Assembly: GCA_977030845.1 (NCBI GenBank)
Contig: OZ365112.1
Location: 8,370,001-8,434,000 of the forward strand
Source: Fimbriosthenelais zetlandica
Taxonomy: Eukaryota
Reading direction: 5' to 3'
Length of the DNA stretch: 64,000 nucleotides
Numbering within the stretch: the stretch's first letter is position 1; each line of letters starts with the position of its first letter. Under the pieces are notes generated by a model. The model was not told where the DNA came from. It saw only the letters and a list, made by a program, of their open reading frames with translations, and did not search any database. Below, piece by piece: positions 1 through 12,200 of the stretch. The translations under genes and the position numbers were made by a program.

Positions 1-285
1 TGATCACCTTGATGCCACCACCTGATGGTACATTGGCAGGCTTGGCAGGTTCACTAGTCTTTGGTTTTTCTGCAGGTTTCTCCACAGGTTTCGGTTCAGC
101 TTTGGCCACACCATTCACCTGTGGATGCTGATGTCCGGGGTCCTTGACTACCTGTTCCAGAGCATCAAAGAACGCCTCCGGGCTGTGTTCCTTGATGGAC
201 ATCCTCTCCAAAGCCGTTTCCGGGTCTACACCTTCATCTGGTTTACTTGTGGGTGGCTTCTTAGGGCGAAGACGATCAAGTGGAT
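1..285 (-). CDS. Gene A exon truncated by the window edge (Lys/Pro/Glu-rich)
   Basis: aaatcctcag|DPLDRLRPKKPPTSKPDEGVDPETALERMSIKEHSPEAFFDALEQ...PKPVEKPAEKPK...; phase-1 acceptor; frame open to position 1. Confidence 0.85.
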
Positions 286-3200
286 CTGAGGATTTGTCAG
301 AAATACAAGAGATCAGCTTAAAGTCTATAATTATATACGTTATGAAGATTCCGTTTCTAAAGGAACTTTAGCAACGCTAAGTCTATGGCTAATATTTGTT
401 AAGCCGGGCCTCCACTGCTGCGATTTTGCTTGCGACACTGCTGCGACAAAGCTGACAACGTTGTGTAATAATAAAATTTATAAATTGTGGTTCAAGTGTC
501 CAAGGCCTTAAGGCCGTCCTTCAATGGTAAATTTATCATTGAAACACAAGCATAACCTTTTCGCAGACGTGTCGCAAACAAAATCGCAGCAGTGGAGTCC
601 CGGCTTTAGACTCCAGGTTAATCTGTACGTTTAACGATATTTGTACACAGTAATTACGCTCACCAATCTTCACTTCGTCAGGTTTATCAACGTGGCTCTG
701 AAGCCTCATGAAGGTCTTGGATGGGATATTAGTTCCCTTATAAGCCAGGTCACTTAAGGGAACATCCTTGGTTGTCCCCTCCTGGAGTTCCTTCTGTCTA
801 CGGGCGGCCTCTCCTGGGCTAAGGCTCCGACTACGATCTTCAAAATACAGAAATATAGCGTTTTTTACGAGCACCAAAATAAGAGTGGAAGGACAATTTA
901 TTGATATACCTATTATTTCTATGGTATCGCTATACATTTCATTATTGATACCGACTGAAGGGGATATTAGAATATTACAACACATAGAAAGAATTGATTT
1001 CATATATAAGGCCAATCACACAGATTAGTCAGTATAGGACTCATGGATGGAGAAGTGGAACAACGTCGAGGTTCAATGACTGCTCGTACCTTGGGTTAGA
1101 AAGGAAGTATTCGGCAACACAATAGTAGAAAGGGCATGAGACCACTTTGGAAGAACAGACGGCACATTACATAGAACTGACATGTGATACCAACTAAGTT
1201 TATGGCGATGGATTTAAGTTTAACTTTAGTAGGTACGACCGAATATTATTACCATGTATAGTTTCGTTGAAGCATTGGATTGAAGTAAATCTTTATTTTA
1301 CGAGATTTAGAAATCAATGTTCCATAAATCTTACATTGGCAAAGCATCACTATATGGCATCCTCAGTTTTAGTGCAAGAGCGTATTTTCGTACATTTTTC
1401 AATTTAAATAATGGCCTAGAAAGAGTCAAGCGTCAATTTTTGAGTTTGAATTCATGCTTGTGTATAGCATTAATTATTATAAATTAGGCTTCGAAGATTT
1501 CCTGCAATAATGTCCTATTGCTATTTGAGACTAACAGTACAATGGAACCAACATCCGGTGGAAACATTCATCCATACAATAAATGCCAGACATGTTTATT
1601 GGCAAGGGGATGTTTGAACAGGGGGCGGGCAGTTTTACAACTATTACAATCCTGCGAATTGTCATTCACGATTTAAGCTTAAATGACGAAGCTATACATA
1701 GAGGCAATATATCTCTGCAACTATTATTGCCTCAATAACCCTATTAATTTCTTAAATAACGTCTTTATAAAAATAGTTTATAAAGAATTGACACAGTGGT
1801 TAGTTGACCCTCTTGCCAATATAGACAAACGGTGAAGCAAAAATCGTGAAAAAAGGCATACCGGTAATATAAAGCATGGCTTTTTGAAAAGAAATCCATA
1901 GGCCATGCTTTATTTTGCAAAGAGAGACATGCTGGGAGAAAAGCGCGAAGAAGCGCAACAAATTGATTGTAACCATTTATTTGTGATAAATAATTAGATA
2001 CTCCAAAAAGGTTTAGATATATCATTCTCAAGATTCACCGTATTTTGGTTTCCGGCCGCGAGAGCTTCGTAGAACTTTAAGATGTGGTTTAGGACTCTTT
2101 GGCTCTGTTCAAAATTAAGAAAATCCTCGCTGTTCGTGCTTTGGATAATCTAAGCAAATGAATATTTTTAAGAAGCCATGCTGCTACATAAAACTTTTGC
2201 AAATGTTTGCTAATTAAAGTATCGAAATTAAATCGAACAAAATTTAAGTGGAAATGCGCTGAAAAAATGTTTAAATAAAAATGAGAGTGACAGAATGTAG
2301 GCCTATTATGCTACTGGATAAAGGGTAATGGGGATAGTATTGATATAGATCATTGTCATGCAAATCTATGTATTCTATTATTATTTCCTGGTCCTACTGG
2401 AAGTCTAACTTATCTACCTACATGGTTTAATGAAATACAAACAACTCAAAGGTATATAATAATATTATTTCTAATGCTAAACATACACCTATAGACTTGG
2501 TCGAGAATATAGGACAAGTCATGGGATTCAAGGACAGTACTGTAAGGGACACAATAGTTGAATTACAATGAATCGGGGGTCTATATTATACACCTGTGTT
2601 ACAAACAAGAATGTAGTACTTACCAAAGTCTGGGTCGGTACCGTCGACAGACCCTGAGTCCCTGCTAACAGACCTGCTCAGTCGGATGAAGGTTTTGGAC
2701 GGGATACGTTGGTTTTGACCAGAATCTGTATTGCAAAATAAAAATAAAATGACTTTCTTTCCTTAAAGCAATCTCAAATACACCCTCATGTCATTTTGGT
2801 GGAGGATTTGAAAATACCGTAACTAATTTAAATAAAATAAATATAATGAATTAAACTAAAAATTATAAAAATAATGGTTACTTATAAATAAAATGAATTA
2901 TGATCTACAAAAGGCACTAATACCAATAAGAAAAAGAACAAAATAATCTGAATGCACACTATGTCCTTATACTCATGCTAGGATTATCATCTAATTCCAC
3001 AGGCTTCAAATCTATACAATATTAATGTAATGTATATTAATTGTAGCTGTATATGTGATTGTAAATGTATTTATTTGGACTAATGAAAAAATAGTATACT
3101 TTGTTATGGGATGGGATCTTATTGTGTCAATATAAGGGTAATGGTTCTTATTTTTGGAGTTGAGGGAATTTGTACAGGGGAGACTTGCAATAATATTAAG

Positions 3201-6200
3201 GTAGCATTCATTAATCCAATCTTACATTTATAGGTAAAATTGTCATTGTTGATTTGGTTGTTTCCCATTATGGCCCATTACAATGGGCCTACTGGGATTA
3301 CTACATAGGCTAATTAAATATATTGAAAACCAGGGTGGGCTATTAAAAACCACAGGGTCACAAAATATGACTTTGTCGGAGATGACGTCACTGAAAGACG
3401 AAAAGGTCGCAGGTAACACGTGACAAACGGAGAAAACCAGACATAAAGTCAGAGACATGAAAAATTGGTTGAAGGAGTGATCGGTGGTGGGTTCCGGATT
3501 CAGCCGGAAGTAGAGTCGGTCACGTGGTCACGCACCATGGTAACCAGCGGGAGGTGGGCACAGCACACCACAATCTATGGTTTTACAAAATACCGTGTGC
3601 GTCAGTTGTCCCGAGTTCTCGCTCGATCGATTTGCGAACGACCGATACCCGGCCAGCCAGGTAATTGCGTTCGTCAAATTCTGTAGAGTTCTCACCATCT
3701 TCCTCCTCTGCTGAGGGCCTGAAACGTTCCCAGGGTGCACTGGGCCTGCTATCCACGGGTCGGCGTTTGTAGCGGGGTGGAAGGGCTTATAAAAGCCACC
3801 AAGTAAAATATTTACTTAAAATTCCAATTGACTCTTTGGCAACCAATATCTAATTCATTGCATACACTACTTTAGTTTACATTATTCAAATATCAAGAGA
3901 CATGCGAATGAAACTCAAAGTTAAAATGAGCCATTTGGCTGTGTCCATGTTTCATTATAGGCCTAATGGTCCCTGAACAATAAGACTACTCTTAGAAAGA
4001 AGAATTACTATAGCAAAATAAATATATTAAAAAGCGTTTTAGGCCTATTTCTAATTGCTGAGTTACACGCGTGAATAGAATGTAATTGCTTTGAGTTAAT
4101 TAGCAAACTATAGGCAAAGTATAGGCTTAAAATCGGCGACTTTCTCTTGCAGGCCTAATGAAGAATAGTACATGCATGAATGTGACGCGTGAGCTGAACA
4201 TACCTTGTCTCTGTGGCAGCTGTCTATCCGTGTCGCCTGTAATCACTGGTACTTTCCCCTGTAGGAAATCTTTCTCGTCAAACTCGTTAGAAGGTGGGAT
4301 GTACACGTCTTCGTCCCTCTTTCGTCGTTCCCAGGGCGCTAACTCTCTCTCCACTTGTTTTTTCGGCTCTAAAATCAAATATCAAATTGGATATTTAGAG
4401 TTTGATTATTAATCCGCATGGATCTAAAATGAACCAACTTTGAATAAATCATCTTTGATTGACCTCTCTGACCTTGAGCAATAATTTATTTTTCTAAGTG
4501 TGACTTCAAAATCACTTTGTTTACTTTGATACGTTTCACATTAAATGAACTCATGCAGTGCATCCAGATTGATCACAGTTCAGTGAATAATGTATAAAGT
4601 GACATTATTCTGATAGATAGAGGCATACTGTATATGAAACATTATGATAGGTGATAGCTTTGACAGCCATGACAGCTATACGTGACGCCTGAGAGAGGGA
4701 CACTGTCAACAGATCCGAGAATTGGATCTCATATCCGGCGGAAGTTCCATCAAGTCTGGCCTCTTCAAAAGTCAACGAACACTTCTGAAGTGTAGCGATC
4801 ATTGTTCTGCCTTTGTTTAAATATAGCATGTCACATAAAAGCTTTACGACTGTCACATTGCAGGGACACACCTTCACAGTGATGAATAGTCAAATCCATC
4901 TTGTTCTTTCTACCATTTATTGTGATATCAGGTACTAGTTCAGGCCTGCACATAATGTAATAGAAATTAGACATATTATAGAAGTATAATGGACAAAAGG
5001 GTGCAAAACAGGGGTTCTGAAACAGAATGGTGTGGCACTTGGATGCCATTATAGGTTTAAATAGTGCTTATAGGCCTACATTTTCTTCAAGGGACTACTC
5101 AGAAAGAAGTAATCTTTTTGCTAATTTTGTCATGTAGCTGCTTTCGGAATGGAATAATTTATACTCATGGGAAGATTATCCACAGGATAAAGTACACACT
5201 TTGGTTACGAGTAGTGGCCCAAGAAATAAGTTAATTCTTACAACAATACGTAAAATGCTTTGAATGATAGTAATAAAGCTCAAAAGTACCAGGCACAGGA
5301 GATCAAGTCCAATTGTGCGATATAATAAATTTAAAGACCTGACATGTTTAAGAGCCGATCTGATACGCTATGACTGTTAAATACCTTACATGGTGCACTC
5401 ATATTCAATGAATCTCCCGGACAATAGATATGTTAGGGTCTATTTATCAAACACGTCTTTGCACTACACCGTGTCCCTTTAATAGGGTGTACACATAACC
5501 GACCGTATGAATGATTGCTTGCAAAATAATGTAATGGCTGAAAATGATGATATACCTGGAAGAAAGTGAATAGTTCTCTTGTCTGGAAGCAGCATCGATC
5601 TCCAAGTCTCGGGAATGAACTTAAAGAGTGGTAAACAAGGATGAGAAGTTTTCAATGGGCCTCCGCTGCCGGTACTTCTTCTATCAGGAGACAATAACCT
5701 TTGTCTGTTAGCAGATTTTAACCAAGTTATCCTTGGTCTTCCTCTTTCAGGGTAAATAATGACCGTCGCCATTGAAACATATATCTCTTAAATACTCCTA
5801 TAGCACACTCTGATCATTCTTAAAGTTCATATATAATCCGTACAGAGAATATCCAAAATTTCGTTCGGTTCTAATAATTTGTCCAGATTTTAGTGAGTTG
5901 GGTGAGACGAGTTGTGTGGTTCTTTGATACAATAGACGAGTGCATGGACAATGAAGAGATGTGAAAGGCATGGACCTACACCAGAGTATGAGGCTCCAAC
6001 TCCCATTGTCCACCAATAAATAGGACTATTAATGTCCTATTGGGACAGGTCCTGACGCTGTAATCATTAATGAATTTAATGACCACAAAGCGCGGTATAC
6101 AGCATACTGGGAAAAGATGAAAAACTGACCCTCGTTTTTGTAATAAAAATACGACCACGAATGTTCCCTTCAGGACACTCTTTTAAAGCAAACTTGGCCA

Positions 6201-9200
6201 AGGTTATATTCTCCAGGAACTATTCAAATGGTATTTTCATATATTCTAATGAGTCTAATTTCCTATTAGTCTATTTTCCCATGCATCAATTGCATATTAC
6301 AGATCTGAGACTGTATGTATGTAAAAGCTATAATATGCTGATCCCGAGGGCCTAGGGCCATGAAATGATGGGAAAATGCTATGACTATTACTACTAATAG
6401 ACCGTAATGAAAACCTCGTTTATTAATTGGTTCCCATCAATTCTAATAAGTTCACATGTAGGAGTAACGGGCTCGTCTAAGTTTATATTCAGACTGTGAT
6501 GGAACGATATGACACATGAATCTATATATATATATACAATATGCCTACACTACAGCCCAGTTTGAGAACAGATGCAACAACACTGGTAAAAGGAGTAGAC
6601 ATGCACAAAATGTAGGACATCGGAGGGAACCTGGTTCCATCGCTTGATCAGGTTGTTGCAAGTGAATACTTTAGTCACTATTTGTAGAAAAGCGGTCAAT
6701 TACTAGGCTGTAGATGACCGCTTCGATGACGGCCTCGCCTTTCTATAGGTTGGTATAGCTTCTGTTGTACCGTTTCTACGAGACGGTAGTACCAGACCTA
6801 TAGAAAGGTTCGACCAATTGAGGGTCCTATCCACTAAGTATATCGTACAAGCTATACTCCTTGGTCTTCTTGATGTGAATGGCATCCTAGATGGATGGTT
6901 GGATGGGAGAGAACTTCCGCAAGAATAAACTTACCTCTGGGTGGGAGGGCGCTGTCCGTAGCACCGCCCAGGATGGGCACACGGCCCTGGAGGAACGCTT
7001 TCTCATCAAATGGTTCCTGCTCAACAGGGGGCGCCTCGTCCACCGGCTTTTTAGGCTTCTTCTTCCTGGGTCTGTTCACTGTAATGGTACCATAATATAA
7101 TGATATACTTAAGGGATTTCGGATTTGTTGTATCATTAAATCTGGACTTTTTCTATCATTAAGTCTGTATTGTATATTTGTTTGGGGGCGTCTACCCAAG
7201 TTTAAAAAAGTTGTCAGGAAGCCCAGGGAAGACGGGTTTAGGCCCGACTGCGCTAGCAGTTAATATAATTAGTTGTATTAACCATAGAATATGACATGAC
7301 ATGACATGGGGGACATGACATGGTCTTTGACATCCCAGTTAGCAGCACTGGGTGGAGTTATATAATATGAGGAGTGTATATATAGATGACTCACCAGGCC
7401 TGAGATCAGGCGTTCCACCTTTGACCATGGGTATTTGACCATGGAGGAAGGCTCGCTCGTCAAAGTTGCTCTCATCTGGCGGTGTCTCGTGGTCTTGTGA
7501 CACACGACGGGCCCACGCTGGCACTTCCTTAAACACTTTCGGTTCTAAATAAACCAACTCAAAATTAGTGCAATGTACATGAGCATATTCCACTTGACCA
7601 TTTCAAGGTAATGCACCTATAATTCATCCATGAAATAGCATTTATGCATATGATAAGATTGGTGTATTTTGGCGAAATTCAACAATAAATCATTAATCTA
7701 TGTTTAATTCAACTTAGATATTTTAAAGCTTTTATGATTGAAAAAAAAAATGTATCATGGGAATGCATTTGACTTAGTTTTATTACATGTCCGTGTATGA
7801 TGTTATTTGTTTTTCCATAATCTTCTGTACGGGATTCACATGTGTATTTAATCATCTAGTGATATACACTTCACCTAAACATGCATGTCTAGACAATACT
7901 TGCCATGTCTCTACATGCTACATGTTTAATACAGCCATTCATTCTTGAAATATTTGATAAAGCATCTAAATAAATAATTCATACAAGAAATTAAAGAACA
8001 TCATAAGCCTATATACAAATATTGGATACATGATGGCACTAAAGCACATTTTATGCACTTATATACATTGTCCCAACTCTATACTGAAACTATTCCCGTT
8101 GTAATTAACTGATCACGATTCTCTTTGAAGCAAAATAAGGTATCGAGCCTATCAGTTAAAAAGAAATAAAATAAAATTTTAAAAAATAATAAAAATAAAA
8201 CACTGCTATAGCTTTTCATGCTAAAACAGCATCCAGGATAGAATATCTTATCTTTGCTTGTCCATATAGACCTATAGATCTGCATGTGTATGTCTTGTCA
8301 CTCACAGGGTGAGCGGATGTGTAGAGTGAAATATTGTTGGCAAAGTAAAAAGAATCAAGCAACAGCCTACTCTACCTCTAGGGGCTCTAGGTTTGGCCTC
8401 ACCACTGATGACTGGTAACCGACCATCCAGGAAAGCTCCCTCATCAAACGGTTCCTGATTATCGTACTGGCGATCATCCTGCTGATCTTGAGCTGAATCA
8501 GATGAAAAAACTCATCTCAGCTGCTGACCATGATCAAAACATGATTAACGAAGTCAACAATGAACGAAACAATGAAACAAAACGTTCAAATAACAGTTGC
8601 CACACAGGGAAATGAACAGTGACATTCCTTTCAAATTTCCTAGGCATAGCAAACAAGCAAGTTTATATAGGCCTACTGTATAGGAATTATTATATTCTGA
8701 ATATAGTTTGTATTCATTCTTTTAAGGAAGAAGCAATGCCTTTTTTTTTTAATTAAAAGTAAACTTCAACTTTGTGATCCGGAAGAATTCATGCATCGCA
8801 TAATAAATAAAACTAGCAGAAAAGTTGCAATTTCAGGTCATTCAATGAAATATCACTGTCCCTTTAGAAACATAAAAAATGTGACAACTGTACATCAAGT
8901 CAAAACAAAACAAAAAGCTAGGAACAACAAGACAACGAACAACCTACAAAGCACCTAAGTCCCATAACCTTGTGACAGTGCTGCCACCTACTGGCGAACC
9001 TAGAACCCTACCTGCCATATACGCCGCGTGGTGTTCAGCCTTGGCCAGAGGATCCACAAAATCTAGCGACGCTCTTCGTTGTGCCATTTGTTGGAATTCA
9101 TATACTTTTGGCTTTTCCTCTTCTTCAACACAAAAGACGGAGGGACAGGACAGGATAAACGTGCAAGATTAGAATATGAAACTAGTGACAGGTACAAGAG

Positions 9201-12200
9201 GTGCAAATTGATACAAACAGACATTTAGGAAGGAAATTAGGTACTTAAATGTCGCTTATTCATTTATATAAAATATTTAAATATTATCTTATTTCGTTGT
9301 ATTTAGATAGAGATCATTTCCTGCTATCCACCATTATTTATGTGCCTGAGATGCAGGCCTAATACGGTGTTAGAGGAAGGTTAAAGTAGAGATTAAAGAT
9401 TGAAATAGATTGAAGATAAAAGGCATAGAAATGTCAGACAGGCTTTCACTCCACACATTAGAGTAAAGGTTTAAAGTGTAAGAATTTATAAACGTCAACG
9501 TTAGTCTACATAAAGGAAGTATTCTATTCTACACAGTACATAAAGTGTTAAGGAAAGTGTGCATGTTCATGGGTTAGTTTTAAAGATTTAAAGAATAACA
9601 AGAATGTAGTTTTATGAGAACAAAAATGATGAAAGTTCGAGCCCCTAATTGTAATTGTCTATATGAAGCTACATGGTTAATCCGTAACTGAAAATTGTTG
9701 TGAAAAGTGCAGTAGAGATCTGTGCAAGACTACCAAAATCTACCTTGATTCCCATAGTCATCTGCACATGGAAATTAGACAGTGGTGAATGCATGAAATA
9801 ACACCGACGTGAAATAACATCAAAATAACATCCGTGCAATCCAATATGACTGCGTCTAACATATATATCCTATTGGGTAAATAGTGAATGGACTTTTCCT
9901 CTAAGATGAATATCAGTTTGTGAATGGATTAGAGTTAGTTCTGTACCTTTCTTTTCTATCATTGGTCGAGGTGCTACTGGTGTATCATCAAATATAGCCA
10001 CATTGCCCGATAAATATGCACGCTCATCAAAATCTTTGGGTTTGGTCGGCACCTCCTCCACATCTATATACTGATTAGCAGCCTTCTCTGTTTGAAGACA
10101 AAGCCAAGCAGGACAAATATAATAACTTAACCTTCTATACATATCATCATCTTGCATTACTTTATTATGGCTTTTCGAATCAGAGTAGGGACTATTATTT
10201 TCTCTCTACGATGCTTCTGCATAACGACCTTTTCAACAGCAATGATTAGACCTTTTTGTTAGATATTGGAGAGGCATGGTCGTGGCTTTCGGCGGGGTGG
10301 TGGACAAAAAAGTGGTGGGTTGGTCGGGGGAAGGGGAGGGGGGTTGGAGTTCGGCAAATTGAAGTTGATACCTGTTTCAATTCTTTCACTTCGTACTTAA
10401 CATAGATGGAAAAATATCACAAATGAAATAATACTATAATTATTATCAAACATATTCTGACAATGGCATATTTACCGAATTTAACTGATATTGACTCATG
10501 AAACGTTTCACAAGTAAACCTAATGCAATCAATATTGATATAAAAACTTAGACTAAGAGAATACCTCCATTGCATCCATCATTTTTCACAGATTAGAACT
10601 ATTAAAACTGTTGGTAAAACTCACCCTGTTCTCTTTGACGATCTTGAGCAAGCTGAGATGTTGATCTCTCGAAAGCACGTTCCCTCTTTTTCCGATCGAC
10701 TGTTCTTGCCCAGTCAGGTTTGGCACTGAACTCTGTCAAAAGATTTTGTTATTTCAAATCTGGCGTTCTAGTCTTATGATAGTTTGTTAGGAAACGAATA
10801 CAGTTACAGACCCTTATTCAATCAAAGCCTTATTACTTTAATAATATATATAAGAATATTTATTCATTTCAAATGTAGAAAGGGGATTTATTTGAACAAT
10901 TTAACCATCATTCTCAGTATCAAACCCAGATGTATAGCTCTCCATATCAATACTGTAGACATGTATCATCTTCAATGAGGAAATAATGTTCCTGCATGAC
11001 CTCAGGTTCAGGTTATTGGGTCCATTTTGTGAGGAGATACAGTATAACTAATACTTTAGTTTTGGATTTACATAATGATACTATCATCCAAATTACCCCC
11101 ACCTCCGGCTAACTGGGTTATCAAAGATCAGCCATGCCTCCCTTTGTCTAAGGTAAGAGGCATGTTCCATCAATTGTTGTTTGAAGACAGCTGTGCATGG
11201 ATAGATATGGATACAGAATCTTTCATCTTAAACTGTTTAAAACCCATTGAATCCAATAGAAGGAGTGCGTACCTTTCTTCCTGGGGACGCGAGGGGGAAG
11301 GTTTGTCTCGCTGTCAGGGTCGTTTATGATGCTCATTTGACCGGCTAAGAACGCCTTCTCGTCGAAAGTTTTCTCCGCCTCCTCGGGCTCTTCCTTCTCC
11401 CAAGCCGCTTTAGGCTTGTTCCCACGATTGGGAGCCACTAGAATTAACGGAAGTTCTTTATTAGATCTAGTACATATACAAAATGAAATTATCGAAGCGT
11501 AAAAAATAGTGTCATATTGACCAAGGCTAGGATAGTGCAGATATATTTTTGTCTGCATTCAGTAGAAAGAATCACAAGACAAGCACAGCTCAGTGGGTGA
11601 CTGAGTATTGGGAAGCGAAGAATAGAGTTTAGAAACCCACCCTCCAATGTTCAATAGCAGTAACAGTTCATTTAAAAATTCGTTTAAAAATTCGAGATTT
11701 ATTTTATTATGAATGCCTGTTATTAAAAGAAACCTGCGAGGGTTCACAGAGAACATGTGATGATCTCTGGGAAGTCCGTAAAGAACATGCACAAACAAAC
11801 ACAGAAAGTGAAAGCAGGGGAAAGGTGTAATAGGATGGTAGACATCAAACCCCAAGGAACGATCTGTGAGGATAGGACGAGGAATTACATAGTAGATAAA
11901 CACAGCTAAACAACACCATGTAACATTAGTTCTGTAGAATTAAAAACCTTAAGGCCAAGTGGTCCCAACAACTTTGTGGCAGTTCTACCACAAAATTCTA
12001 AAAGGAGGTAGAATTCCCCCAATTCCAGCAGGACTCACATGGCCTTATGCCTCAAAAAGTTATGCAACACTTTAACAATAAAAGCTTGTTTCAATGGGAT
12101 TAACTGTTTTAATATATTTTAACCTGATTCTGAATATTATTATCAATATCTGTTTTTTTCATTTGCTAATGCAGCAGTCATGTCTTAGCATCATTATTAA

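Noticed and set aside
5479-5772. RGRPRITW resembling an RTE-type LINE C-terminus
   Set aside because: Only a few residues match and there is no adjacent reverse transcriptase sequence.
9626-9691. C/D-box-like pair (ATGATGA ... CTGA)
   Set aside because: Antisense to the host gene, minimal terminal stem and no convincing rRNA complementarity.
11953-12044. Possible degenerate Harbinger MITE (GGCCAAGTG ... CACATGGCC)
   Set aside because: Short imperfect TIR and non-identical flanks (TAA versus TTA).
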